A stretch of 64,000 bases of DNA from Mytilus edulis (lineage: Eukaryota), in assembly GCF_963676685.1 (NCBI RefSeq), contig NC_092352.1, positions 18,972,001-19,036,000 of the forward strand, given 5' to 3'. Of this stretch, positions 50,221-64,000 are shown piece by piece. A program made the translations under genes and the position numbers. The notes beneath the pieces were generated by a model. It searched no databases and was not told the DNA's origin. It was given only the letters and a program-made list of their open reading frames with translations. Numbering within the stretch: position 1 is the first letter of the stretch; every line of letters starts with the position of its first letter.

Positions 50221-51946
50221 TCTGACATAAATGTTTAGGTGATGCGCAGAGTAAGCAACTTCTACACGACTAGTATTTATATAGCCAATTACATGTTTAA
50301 TACCTGGTCCAAAGTAGATCAATGTGCCTACGAAAATTCGATCATATCCTTGCCACGTCAAATAAATATTATTGTATGAACAATCGAGCCAATATTGTTT
50401 CGGTTAAATATTAGAAGGAATACTTCTTTTTTACCATTTAGAACCATTGGATCCGCAACTTCTAAAAAGCAACTATATTTCAATGTTATTTTCATAAGAA
50501 TACACAAGCTCTTTGCATTACATTAGAAAAATATTCTACCCATAAAGGTGTCGATGGAATATTGTTACATGATAACTAAACGCTTGTACATTTAATTGGG
50601 AAATTGAGACCCTATCTTTTATCGCATAGGTTTGTACTATAAAAGTCACATTTTAATGGAATTTTACAAGGTTTTCAGATAATTGAATATACATGAAAAC
50701 TGAATATCAAAAATTTGGTTAATAGATTATAACAAATTGGAACATAGTTTGAAGTCTGTCTATGACCTAGGAATCTTATAGGAAAATAGGAACTATGTGC
50801 AGGGCGTTGATATCAAAATCAAATGAGAGAAAATTGTTATAACAAAAATACTCTCAACTAGTATAATAATATTGGTAACTTTTCACATATAGGATGAGAA
50901 TATCTAGACTTCCATCCTTTTTAGAATTAGAAGGTTCATGTTTTATTTCTTATTAAACCATCTTCATGATATGAACCTTTATCCCACTCATCATGTAGTA
51001 AATCAGGTACTAACCCTCCGTTCATTTGAATCAGCAACAAAAAACAGAATGATGGACAAATATTGCATTTAATATGTTTATTATATCCATTAATTCTCTT
51101 CATAGTAATCAAGCGGCCGAAATATGTGAAGTCCAAAATCTACTACAAGCATTGAAACCAAAAAGGAGCTAATGAAAAGACAAAGCCGGACGAGGAGTCA
51201 AACCTATGAAAGAAGAGTTCTCATTGGCACTCATACCACATCTTCTATAATATATGAAGGTAATACAGAAATTCGAATCCGTTGCGTTACCACTTATATG
51301 TTTGTTTTATATAATGATAAATAAAATTAGCAAAATATAAACCATTTGAAGTTAACAAAAAGAAGAAGAAGACATTTAACCTCAGTAACGGAATTATACC
51401 CAGTAAAAAAAGCAACATACACAAATTATAATTTAACATAACCAGGACTAGGGCTCCATTAACCGAAAGACAATGGCATATGTGTCATCAGGTTACTTAG
51501 GGAAAATCCACCAAACATATCATACTTCCTACTGCATAGAGAGATACTGCATAACGATATGCACATTATATATTCATGACGAACAAACCAAAACTTAAAG
51601 TTGGCAGCCATTAATGGTATAATGGTTAAACATTTTAAAAAACTGCATCTGATTTACTATATAAATGTTATGGTAAAATCTAAATATAAGTTAAAAAACT
51701 GAAGCTTTTTTCTTGTTACCAGCTTGGTTATCATTTCTACAAACAAACAAATTTGCAATCGTTATAAAAATGACATACCTGAAACTCGTGTAGTATAATT
51801 AGGAAGATTCTGCTAATAATGTTTAAACCTGAAATTATTTAAGCGGTCATAATATAGGACATTTATAGGTTCAAACTTAAAGGGTCAGTTAAGCGTGCAA
51901 TATTGATTCCAGGTGTATATGTGACTTAGCAATTTACCTGTTATGT

Positions 51947-54900
51947 CACCCCGTATAACCCCGATACAAATGAATCCGGGCGTTGACGCGTTCGAAGCGA
52001 TAATCAGAACAACATTTGGTATGACACTGAACAATTTCGAATGCCTCTCCAGAACTTATTTGAGTATATATAACAAGTATGGACACAGACGCAAATTGTC
52101 AGTGGGGTTAAAGGTCGTTACAAATGTATTGAAAGCTAGACTGGAAATGTGTATTAACAAATTGAGTTGATGTGTACATGTCTTCATTCAAATGCATTGA
52201 CTGATAAAAAAAAAAAGGGGGGCTTCAACTTCCACCCCTCTCTGTGAATTAGTTGTTTGAGTATATATAAATATGTCAATGTGAATGTTAGTTTATTTAT
52301 TCAATTATACAGTTGTTGTAAGTTTTAGATATTGCATAGAACGTTTGATAAAACTGCTAGATGCAAAACGCACAGACATGGTGCAATTTTATACGTTTTA
52401 TGAGGTAAACAATGCTGAATATCTTTTCGTGCATACACTAAATAAATTTTCTCTTTAATACTGTATTGTTCGTTCAATCAAATGTGTCGCGTTCGTTGTA
52501 AGTTCGTTGACAAAATCCGTCACAAATCACTTTCTTGTCAAGGTATTCGAGACCCTTTTTCTGTATTTTATTGTAAATGTTTATCTGTTAACTTAGTCAA
52601 AGTAGTTTAACTTAAAATATCTGTCATCCAAAGCCAAAATTGCAATATTTATCTAGCGTGAAATCTGATAGGAATGCTTCTATTGAAAATTGGGACTTTC
52701 AACGTTATTTCAGGTGAAATGAACAGACAATAAATATATTCCAGTAGAAATAAAGTTTCAAAAAGTATAGTAGTACAGTCAATAAAACTTTAATGACTTA
52801 CTTTTCACAATTTGAGACTCTTTCAAATACCGATGTTGGTCCAAATTCGCCTAGACGAAAGCAGACATAGGAACTAGTTGAACTTTTAAATTTGCCGAAT
52901 GCCATAGATGGCATTCCAACTGCTTTAATTTTTTAATTTATTTTTATATATTAAGCTTTGTAGATGTGATGTGGTGGCCAGTGAGACAACTTTCCAACAA
53001 AGTTTAAATGAAGTGGGTGTATACAGCAATTATTATAGTCCAATGTACATTTAACAATGAGGAAAACCTGTACCATAAAGTCGGCTAAAAAAGGCCCCGA
53101 TATAAAAAAAAAATTAAAACGATGAAACTAACGGTTATATTTTTATAACTTATGAATTATCTATTAAAGATGAAGAAAAAATGACAGATCTATATAACCA
53201 ATGTACTACAGGCTCCTGGCGTTGGACCGACCCCAAAAAGATTGCGGCGGGATTAAACACGTGAGCCCCCAACTCTCTCCTTAACCTGGAACACTGGTGT
53301 AACAGCACAACGTGATAAAAAAAAAACCTGTAAGTTGCAATTGGCTCAACTCAAAATGTCGGTACAGGACACAAAAAGTATGTATCAGCATATATCCAAC
53401 CGAACGCTTTTAGGTAAAGACGTAATAAAACGCATGAACTTGTGCAATGCCAAATATAAACAGTATCGAGAGGATGTACGGTATTATGAGTTCTCATAAG
53501 TGTGCATATATTGTAATAATGTAAAGTGATTAACCGGTACAGCATAACTTTCTATATTGTAGCCAAATTTTTTTTTCATGAAAGTATTTGGTAAAGAGTG
53601 ACTGGGAAATATACTATTAGATATGGTCACTTTGTTTTTTTCCCGACCGGCAGTAAAACCTGACCGAAGTTGGCCAACCATTTAGTTGTGTGGGATGTAA
53701 AAGTACGCAGTCACGTCCAGTCCGAATGTTAATATCAGTTGAATGACGTGTGTAAAGAGAGTACTACGCTTACTACACTGTACGAACCCCTGCAAACACT
53801 TTATGAGAGGTCCATAATGACCTGTTGAAAGGCAACATTTGTGTCCTTATTCAATATACCTCATTTTATCCAGTGTCAGTCCAAATGTCCCCAACGTAAT
53901 TCCAGAGGGCCTCCTTCCTGGACCTACATGTAGTATGTGTTGCTACTTTGCGCCTATCCTGAACATGAATGACAAATTTGCAAGTGAACGTTAAGCAACT
54001 AACAATCAACCATTACGTACACGTGTCATAAACAAATAAAAGGGTCCAGAAATTGTTCAGTATACCAACTGCAAAACGTTTCATTTTTTATTGATAACTA
54101 TTAAGACATGAAAGAAGAAACACAGCAAATGTCTAAGGTTAGATTGATGATTGATGCTTTGCTAATCTGCATAATTTACCCATGACGCCAATTAAGGTTA
54201 ACTAGGGAATATAGATATGGTCCCTTTGGTCTTCTCCGAAATAAGTAAAAATTTGAATGAAATGCATATGGGTGGGTATAGACTATAATGTGCTTATAAT
54301 AACCAGAATGACCAATGATTTAGATTTTGGCACCACAGTAGAAAAACTGTAATATTCGAGGAAATTAAGCATAATCTTTTATACCTTAAAAATTAAAAAA
54401 AAAAAAAAAAAACATAATTGAAAAAGCAAACCAGTTAATATGATGAATTATCTCTTCATCTATATATCTTCACATAAAAGTAACTATTGATGGCTATTAG
54501 TTACATGTTTATTGTATACAAATATTATTTAGCCTTAATGTAACTCTATTGTAATCTGTGACCCATAGAACCCGCCTCTGAGATTCAGGCCAAAAGGCTT
54601 AACCTAAAATCCATTGATTGTTTTTGATTGCTGTCTATACAAAAAAAAAATGTAGTACTGAAACAACTCTTCACAAGAGACCAAACGAAACAAAAATGAA
54701 CAACTATAGGTCACCGTACGGCTTTCAACAATAAACAAAGCCCATGCCGCATAGTCAGCTATAAAACACACCGAAATGACAAATGAGAAAACTACCGGCC
54801 CAATTTATGCACAAAACAGTGAACAAAAAAAATATATATAACCACTGAATTACACGCTCCTTGCTTTGGACAGGCACATACAGAATATGGCGGGATTAAA

Positions 54901-55757
54901 CATGTTAGCAGACACCCAACCCACCACCTAACCGTACATTAAATGTCGTATGGTAAACACTTTCGAAAATACTATCAAATTAGAAATCGGACAAGTGTAT
55001 CTGTATGCTTAGCCATATTTGCACCTGTCGAGTTATTGTATTTTCCTACACATTTAATAACTATTCCTACCACTTACACTTTCGAATTTCGTATACATAA
55101 GGATTTTTTTACATGTACTAATTTCCTCCAAGAGTGTTTCGACAAAATAACGGATATTATGTGTTGCTGTCTGCATGTTATGGTGGTAAATTATTTTTTT
55201 CAAACATGCATATTGGCTATGATCATACCAAAGCATAATTTAATACATGCAAAATTCATTGACAAACGCAATGTTGTGTCAACGAAGCGTACATTATAAA
55301 AAGGTGTAACGACAACGAAGCGTACACAACATGAAAATAAAGACACTTTAAAGCGTGTATTTTTTAGTTTCTAGAAACAACATAAACAAACGATCTTTAT
55401 AATTTTGTTAAGTTATACTATGAAATTTTCAAAAATGTATTTTATAAAAACTATGAGGTACGAGAAACATTAAGCTATGAATATTTAAAAATACCAAGCA
55501 CGTTTTATCATTGATATCGTCGTGCGTTTTTTTATGTTTGTATATAAAAATGTCACACATCTAAAAAAAAAAAAAACCTTTTAGTAACTATTGAGTATTA
55601 TGGCAAAGAATATATTGGAGCAAAATATCCGAAGAATAGATATTGGATTTTTAAAAGTATTAATTCCTTACTGTCTGAACTCAGTGTTACACGGTGTGTT
55701 CTATTCGTACGCGTCAACGTCCGGTTTCATCTGCATGTATCTGGGTTATACAGGGTG
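51947..55757. mobile_element. 3.8-kb non-autonomous DNA transposon, CAC..GTG ends, ~50-bp TIRs, 5-bp TSD (Transib-like)
   Basis: CACCCCGTATAACCCCGATAC...GTTGACGCG / CGCGTCAAC...GTATCTGGGTTATACAGGGTG. Flanks TATGT and TATAT versus a single TATAT at the empty site 35312-35316. Confidence 0.7.
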
Positions 55758-55854
55758 TATATGTCTGTAATAAACCGGATAATTCCTTATTCTTAAAATA
55801 CTGGATAGGGCAGTTTGGAGATTGAAAAAATCTAAGGCACTTGTAATAATATTT

Positions 55855-56181
55855 ATCAAAGGTACCAGGATTATAATTTAGTACACCAGACGCGCGTTTA
55901 GTCTACATAATACTCATCAGTGACGCTCATATCAAAATATTTATAAAGCCAAACAATTACAAAGTTGAAGAGCATTGACGACTCAAAATTCCATAAAGTT
56001 GTGCCAAATATGGCTATGGTAATCTATGCCTGGGATAAGAAAATGCTTAGTTTATTTTAAAAATTCAAAGTTTTGTAAGCAGGAAATTTATAAAAATGAC
56101 CACATTATTGATACTGTTGTCAACACCGACGTGTTGACTACTTGGCTGGTGATACCCTCGGGGACGAAACGTCCACCAGCA
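55855..56181 (-). mobile_element. Second copy of the hammerhead-containing element; core mutated (GAAA>UAAA)
   Basis: Aligns with 19156-19480. Hammerhead at 55883-55926. Replaces ~580 bp present in copy A (~35410-35990). Confidence 0.75.
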
Positions 56182-56214
56182 GACAAACAAAGCCCACTTT
56201 TAATTGTCATTGGT

Positions 56215-56521
56215 CATTGAGTTCACACGTAATTCGAATTCGATTCACATTAACTAATTCGAATTAGTTTAATTCACATTCGAAACGTTTTACGTCCTAA
56301 CGTCAAGTTTAATTCGAATTGCAATGCGCGTCAAATTCGCTAACTGTCCAAACGACGATAACTTTTAATTCGTATAAACAAAAGTGTATTCCTAATGCGA
56401 ATTGGATAATTCGAATAAGCCAATTCGAATCAATTCGAATTAAAAAAAGAAGAGTGTGTGAACGTGATTAGCGAATTTGATTCGAATTCAATTTGAATTA
56501 AATATACGTGTGAACGAGGCA
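56215..56521. mobile_element. MITE with GTTCACACGTA TIRs and internal AATTCG repeats
   Basis: GTTCACACGTA / TACGTGTGAAC. Absent from copy A at ~36020. Confidence 0.7.
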
Positions 56522-56606
56522 TAAGATATGAGCAACAGCTTTTAATACCAAAAAAAGAATTTTTGCTACACAATTTATTTTACAAATAAGTTATAAATGT
56601 GTGTAG

Positions 56607-58096
56607 TATAACGGGGCTTTCTTGTGTGTGTTTTAGAACTTTGTCATTATTTCGGATCTACGTATCCGGGATCGTAACTCCATCTTGCCCGTTAATATAG
56701 GGAACTAGCTATTGTATATATGCCACAATAAAGTAACTGTTAGAATTGAACGAAGTCTCCTTAATGTTCACATGTTTAATCGTCAAAAAGTACATGTAGA
56801 TATAATATATATTTGAAGGTTCACAACTATAACTTCCAATACAAAACGTTACTAAATTCCAGCTCTATAAAACAACATGTTACTTCAAGCTACTACTCCA
56901 ATATCTCTGACCAATACATAAAGTTTCTCACAAGATTCAGCTATAAACACATGTTCTTAATTTATGTCAGCAAAGGCATTGATTAATGGTCTTAGATTAT
57001 TTGGATAAACTATTGCAGTTCAACTGTGCAATTAATGTATCGTATAAAGTGTCACATTTTAAACAAGATGAAAGATCATTAAACTGATTAAGAACTGACC
57101 ATCAAATCTTAGATGTAAATGACCACGCCACATCACTCCCCGCTAAACAAAATTCGTTTTCACTCGAATTAAAAAAAATCATACCAAAAATATTACACAA
57201 AGTAAAAAGATAAGGGGAGGAAATGTGAACATTAAAAAATAAACTTTTTCTTTGACTAAAACTACTTAAAAAAATCTAAACTAATAATAATAAAAAAAAA
57301 TAATGATAATTGCTATACCATGTAATTTATCAATTTACGTCGTGAATAGTTGTGGAAAAATTGCAAAAAGATTAATACTCTTAAAGTCTAAATTTAACAA
57401 TTATCCTTTCAACTTCAAACTCTTGATACTTATAACTACAAAAGAGGCACTAAACAAAAATCATAAAAATATATAACACAAGTTTGACAATTATTAATCT
57501 ATTCAAATACATTATGGTAAAGTCTAATCGCGAATTTTGACCGTTAATCCAAGCGTAAATAAAATGATAAAATAATTAAAAGCATCAATTAAAATCAACT
57601 AATCATTATATCTGGGCAATCCAATTCAGAAAATCAGCATCTCATTAGCTGCAATTTTCACTTCTATGTAAAATTGAGAATGGAAAATGGGGAATGTGTC
57701 AAAGAGACAACAACCCGACCAAATAAAAAACAACAGCAGAGGGTCACCAACAGGTCTTCAATGTAGCGAGAAATATATGTGACCGTATCACCATAGAACT
57801 ACCAACACTGTAAATCATCTTCACATGGACACTCCCATGAACATGTTACTTCAAGCTACTACTCCAATATCTCTGACCAATACATAAAGTTTCTCACAAG
57901 ATTCAGCTATAAACACATGTTCTTAATTTATGTCAGCAAAGGCATTGATTAATGGTCTTAGATTATTTGGATAAACTATTGCAGTTCAACTGTGCAACTA
58001 ATGTATCGTATAAAGTGTCACATTAAACAAGATGAAAGATCATTAAACTGATTAAGAACTGACCATCAAATCTTAGATGTAAATGACCACGCCACA
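56607..58096 (-). mobile_element. Internally deleted LTR retrotransposon remnant
   Basis: 4-bp TSD GTAG on both sides. Direct repeat 56874-57132 / 57840-58096. On the minus strand the LTR starts TGTGGCG directly after a polypurine tract AGCGGGGAGTGA. Absent from copy A. Confidence 0.75.
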
Positions 58097-58573
58097 GTAG
58101 AATATCTATTTTTATCGCTATTTCGTGCATTTTTCCTTTGATCTTTTTCTCTAAAATAGCGATAAACAGATTATCATTGGCCGTCTCAACTCGATTGCTT
58201 TTCTCGCTTGAGCCGGGACGGCTCAAGCGAGAAAATCAATCTCGTTTAGATGATCAACGATACTCTTTAAGTATTTGACAGTATATATATTTTGAGCATT
58301 AACTGTACGTTAAATGTCCGTTTAAGGCCAAAATACCCATATTTAATAATGTGATTTGATTGTATTAATCTATCATTCTGGTTTTTTTTTTTACCAAAAG
58401 CAATTTTCATTTGTTTTATCGACTAACTTTGGATACATTTTAGAGTCTAAACTTCGTTATTTTTAATTTGGTTGTTCCTAATCAAGATGTATCTGATAAA
58501 CTAATTGTGCACACGTTGATATTCATAAACCATGTTCCAAGAACGGAAGATCATTATTCTTTTCGGTTAAGGT

Positions 58574-60862
58574 AACTAGAGGCTCTAAAGAGCCTGTGTC
58601 GCTCACCTTGGTCTATGTGAATATCAAAGGAAGCAGATGGATTCATGACAAAATTGTGTTTTGGTGATGGTGATGTGTTTGTACATCTTACTTTACTGAA
58701 CATTCTTGCTGCTTAAAATTATCTTTATCTATAATGAACTTGGCCCATTGGTTTCAGTGGAAAATGTTAGTAAAAATTTACAAATTTTATGAAAATTGTT
58801 AAAAATTGACTATAAAGAACAATAACTCCTAAGGGGGTCAATTGACCATTTCGGTCATGTTGACTTATTTGTAAATCTTACTTTGCTGAACATTATTGTT
58901 GTTTACATTTTATCTCTATCAATAATAATATTCAAGATAATGACCAAAAACAGCAAAATTTCCTTAAAACTAACAATTCAGGGTCAGCAACCCAACAACG
59001 GGTTGTCCGATTCATCTAAAAATTTCAGAGCAGATAAATGTTGACCTGATAAACAATTTTACCCCGTGTCAGATTTGCTCTAAATGCTTTGGGTTTTGAG
59101 TTATAAGCCAAAAACTGCATTTTACCCCATGTTCTATTTTTAGCCATGGCGGCCATCTTGGTTTGATGGCCGGGTCACCGGACACATTTTCAAACTACTA
59201 AGCCAAAAGATGATTGTGGACAAGTTTGGATTAATTTGGCCCAGTAGTTTCAGAGGAGAAGATTTTTGTAAAATATTACTAAGATTTACGAAAAATGGTT
59301 AAAAATTGACTATAAAGGGCAATAACTCCTAAAGGGGTCAACTGACCATTTCAGTCATTTTAACTTATTTGGAAATCTTACTTTGCTGAACATTATTGCT
59401 GTTTATAGTTTATCTCTATCAATAATAATATTCAAGATAATAACCAAAAAGAGAAAAATTTCCTTAAAATTACTAATTCAGGGCCAGCAACCCAACAACG
59501 GGTTATCCGATTCATCTGAAAATTTCAGGGCAGATAGATCTTGAACTGATAAACAATTTTTCCCCGTGTCAGATTTGCTCTAAATGCTTTGGGTTTTGAG
59601 TTATAAGCCAAAAACTGCATTTTACCCCATGTTCTATTTTTAGCCATGGCGGCCATCTTGGTTTGATGGCCGGGTCACTGGACACATTTTCAAACTACTA
59701 ACCCAAAAGATGATTGTGGACAAGTTTGAAATAATTTGGCCCAGTAGTTTCAGAGGAGAAGATTTTTGTAAAATATTACTAAGATTTACGAAAAATGGTT
59801 AAAAATTTACTATAAAGGGCAATAACTCCTAAAGGGGTCAACTGACCATTTCAGTCATGTTAACTTATTTGGAAATCTTACTTTGCTGAACATTATTGCT
59901 GTTTATAGTTTATCTCTATCAATAATAATATTCAAGATAATAACCAAAAAGAGCAAAATTTCCTTACAATTACTAATTCAGGGCCAGCAACCCAACAACG
60001 GGTTATCCGATTCATCTGAAAATTTCAGGGCAGATAGATCTTCACCTGTTTAACAATTCTACCCCTGTCAGATTTGCTCTAAATGCTTTGGGCTTTGAGT
60101 TATAAGCCAAAAACTGCATTTTACCTCATGTTCTATTTTTAGCCATGACGGCCATCTTGGTCTGATGGCCGGATCACCGGACACATTTTTCAAACTACTA
60201 ACCCAAAAGATGATTGTGGCCAAGTTTGGATTAATTTGGCCAAGTAGTTTCAAAGGAGAAGATTTTTGTAAAATATTACTAAGATTTACGAAAAATGGTT
60301 AAAAATTGACTATAAAGGGCAATAACTCCTAAAGGGGTCAACTGACTATTTCAGTCATGTTGACTTATTTGTAAATCTTACTTTGCTGAACATTATTGCT
60401 GTTTACTGTTTATCTCTATCTATAATAATATTCAAGATAATAACCAAAAACAGCAAAATTTCCTTAAAAGTACTTATTCAGGGGCAGCAACCCAACAACG
60501 GGTTATCCGATTCATCTGAAAATTTCAGGGCAGATAGATCTTCACCTGTTTAACAATTCTACCCCATGTCAGATTTGCTCTAAATGCTTTGGTTTTTGAG
60601 TTATAAGCCAAAAACTGCATTTTACCCCTATGTTCTATTTTTAGCCATGGCGGCCATCTTGGATGGTTGGCCGGGTCACTGGACACATTTTTAAACTAGA
60701 TACCCCAATGATGATTGTGGCCAAGTTTGGTGTAATTTGGTCCAGTAGTTTCAGAGGAGAAGATTTTTGTAAAAGTTAACGACGACGACGACGGACGACG
60801 ACGGACGACGGACGACAAGTGATGAGAAAAGCTCACTTGGCCTTTTAGGCCAGGTGAGCTAA
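58574..60862 (-). mobile_element. Helentron-like element with 4 x 500-bp tandem cores
   Basis: Cores at 58801, 59301, 59801 and 60301. (GAC/GGAC)n microsatellite at 60781-60816. AGCTCAC...GTGAGCT subterminal IR and terminal palindrome GAGGCTCTAAAGAGCC. Inserted in an A-run without TSD (empty site GGTAAAAAGGG at ~36630). Confidence 0.85.
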
Positions 60863-61818
60863 AAAGGGGGATTTCGGAGAATTCAATTATGATGATAAAA
60901 AAAATTTTATGGCTGCCATTTCAAAATAAACAGTTGCACCCATTGTATATCTATGTGATAAGAATATCGAACTATAATCGAACTTTTTCTGTACCTTGGA
61001 AGGGTAGGGGGCTTTCCCAGTTAACAGTGATACATATTGTGATCTATAATCATATTTGCATCAATATACATTTAAATATATGTGCAGTTTAATTGATTAT
61101 TTAATTAACATGATTAAACTGGTTGTTTATCATGAATGATATCCGCCTTTTCTACTTAAGAGATATTTAATTTTTAAAATGAGCCATTGTTAAGTAAATA
61201 TTATTCTGATATCCAAGACGAACTGACGTCACTGGATTGTCGGATAACTATTAATATAACTTTACGAGTATATCTATTAAAAGATATTACACCGGTATAT
61301 TTAATATCGAACATTATTTTGATCTGAGAATAACACATCAAAAAGACTTGAGTGTGAGTATATTATTAAGCTTATTATATGTCGAATATTTTTCCTCAAT
61401 AATAAATTTTACCATATATATATATGTGATCTATACGGATGGGTATATATATATATATATATATATAGTTGCTAAATTAAAAGTCTTGTGAAAGTGTAAT
61501 GGAAACTAATGAGAATATATTTGAATGGGTGAAGGATTTACTATACAAATCCTTGAATGGGTATCCATTATACATACGTAATACGTACAAAGACGGATGG
61601 GTAGTATGTTTGACAACTGATAAATGAAGACTAGTTATTCATAATTAAAGAAAATCTGATTTTATAGTGCTGCTTTATTCAGATTTTCTACAAATTTATT
61701 TAGCTCTCTGAAATTATTACAAGCTTTAAAATGAATCACTTAATCTTTATCTTCTTATAGACAACCTGCAAGTTCATCTAACGAAGGATCCTTATACGTC
61801 TTGTAGGTGTATAGGAAG

Positions 61819-61942
61819 ATGGCATCAAATGGAGCACAGGTGAAATGTTCCTACATTAACTGTGACCAGAGAAAAGTTATAGATCCTGAGTCTGATAGAG
61901 CAGATGTCCGAGGTTTTCATGTTTCTAAGTCTGGAAGAAAAG
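61819..61942 (+). CDS. Possible first coding exon of an unidentified gene
   Basis: Acceptor-like CTTCTTATAG at 61760, AAGATGG start context, open frame MASNGAQVKCSYINCDQRKVIDPESDRADVRGFHVSKSGRK, donor AAG|GTACGT. No family recognised. Confidence 0.4.
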
Positions 61943-64000
61943 GTACGTAAGTTAGATTAGGATGTCAATACTGTGTTAATTGACCGGGACGTAGGGTGGG
62001 TAATTTACACAGCCATTGGAAAATACGTCTATATGCTGGATATGGGCAGGATTTTCACCTATGAAAAACCGTCTACGAATATTTCAAGGGTTCGACGTAT
62101 CTACGTATTATACCTACCGTATAATAAATGCAATACACCCAAATGGCCACTTTTAGAGGGGTAGTCGTACGACTCAGACGGAGAAAGTGGTAAAGTTTCA
62201 CTGACACACAGGGGTATAATATCGTGATAAAAAGGTCTTGGAAATCCAAAAAAATATGATTCTATAGATATACATGATTTAGTTTGAAAAGGATTCAATC
62301 TGACAATTTCATTTGGTCGACGGAAAACATTGAAAATTGTGTTATTCCAAGGCATACTTGATTGAAACAGAGGTAATTAAAGTTTGAATATGTTTCATAA
62401 TGACACTTTTTTCCAAACGCAAATACAGCTTATAGGATACATACACATAATAATGATAATTTTATATGCACCAAATATAACAATTTCTACAAAATATTTT
62501 TGAGCTACATAATATATAAATATAAAGGTGTACATGAAATAAGATATGATACATAAAACTATATTCGATATACGAGATGAGAATGGTATACATTTGTACA
62601 TGTGTATGGTCAGAAATTTTTAACAAATATGAAATGCAAATGATTGTGCAATCTTTCAAATGCACTTACTAGAAAACCTAACAGAAAGTAGATATCCGTT
62701 TCTGTGGAAAGTGGGAATCGGTTAAAAGATTGAGAAAACAAAAAGGGAGGTGAAACTTAATGATCCCCTGGTATCAATGGATCCCATAAGTTTACACGGG
62801 TTCCACCTAAATCCTTTATTTTTACACTTTATATAAACATGATCGAAATCTGATCTTAAGGAAAGGAATTGTGGAATTATTGACATCCACACCTTGTCCA
62901 CCACCCTAAATATATACTAGAATATGAAAATAATATCAAAATGCCTTCTTTAGGGATTTCCAATGTATAAGTCGTTGATCTTGTCGTTTCCTCAAATTAA
63001 TAGAGCGATAATTAGGTTTAAAAATTTCACATTTTCTTTATTCTCATTATAATAAAGAATAAATATATAACAGGACAGAAAGAAAGAAAGAATCAATATA
63101 AATATTAACAAATTTATGAATAAAAAAATTGAGAATGGAAATAGGGACAACAACATGATCAAGAACAGAAACCAATCTAAAGCCAACAATGGGTCTTCCA
63201 TACATCGAGAAACCTGCAACCGGAGTCGGGCTGCTGCTGTCATCTAAACACTATAGTATGTACAAGTTCAGTGATAATAGACGTACATAAATAAGGCCCT
63301 TAGTTTTCTCGTTTAAATTGTTTTACTTTGTCATTTAGGGGCCTTTTATAGCTGACTATGCGGTATTGGCTTTGCTCATTGTTTAAGGCCATACGGTGAC
63401 TTATAGTTGTTAATTTCAGTGTCATTTTGGTCTCTTGTGGAGAGTTGTCTCATTGGAAATCATACCACATCTTCTTTTTCATAGTCACGCTAAAGTCCGA
63501 AACGTATAAGTGAACTAAAAATTAAAAAAAAACCACCACAAGGCCGCGGGGAAATGTTAAACATTTCCGGTAAGTTCCAAAACATGGTCCTTTGACCTCA
63601 AAATCACATGCGAAATGCTGTTGCAACCGTTTAGAACAATTTAGATGGACACAGTTATATTACAATTTCATGTAACTGTGTGTTTTTGTTTACAGTTATT
63701 TTCAACAAATACTCAAATACGTTATTGTGTTACAAAATTGCTATTGGAATTCTGTCTAGATAACTTATGTGTGAAGTTCTTTTCTTTCAAGAAAGTTTGA
63801 TATACTAAACAGTTCACTGCAGGCTTATGGTCAACATTTTTATAGTATGATTATCGTACTCAGACTCTGAAATCAACCAATCAAAATACTGGATTTGGTG
63901 TTTCGAGCAAAAATATTGTTCTCCGAGTACACAGTAATGTTTTATGGCTTAAGGCCAGGCATTGCAATCAGAAACATTTCGAACACGAGGATCGTACTAA

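Larger units (their letters stand above)
40392..61049. repeat. Segmental duplication, copy B
   Basis: Collinear with 22083-36823, including the TMEM26 3' flank, the DJ-1/PfpI gene and upstream sequence. Confidence 0.9.

Overview
AT-rich, intron-containing, repeat-dense animal genomic DNA. The repeat landscape suggests a bivalve such as Mytilus, which is an inference. Protein-coding content: a 3-coding-exon TMEM26-like gene (+, 7849-22038, 371 aa) and two intact, tandemly duplicated DJ-1/PfpI Hsp31-type glyoxalase III-like genes (-, copy A 23264-30848, copy B 44825-49864, 226 aa each, 6 substitutions). These lie in a segmental duplication (22083-36823 vs 40392-61049) whose copies act as filled/empty-site controls for many insertions. 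A possible first coding exon of another gene is at ~61.8 kb. Most notable non-coding observations: (1) a 4 x 440-bp head-to-tail array whose monomer appears to fold into a strand-specific, G-U-rich RNA with Pol III A/B boxes and a hammerhead-like junction, inserted in a (TA)n tract with an inverted 5' piece (retrozyme/circRNA-like candidate); (2) a canonical minimal hammerhead ribozyme in a dispersed ~325-bp element; (3) a young 2.5-kb Transib/RAG-type non-autonomous transposon with exact RSS heptamer (CACAGTG) ends, 523-bp TIRs and a 5-bp TSD confirmed by the empty paralogous site, plus a second CAC..GTG/5-bp-TSD element ~65 bp away in the other paralog; (4) a Penelope-like RT fragment whose ORF ends without a C-terminal endonuclease. 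The rest is MITEs, Helentron-like elements with internal tandem cores, SINE/LINE/LTR remnants and a 1.48-kb intronic tandem array. Most short ORFs in the track are spurious. All alignments and folds were done by eye.
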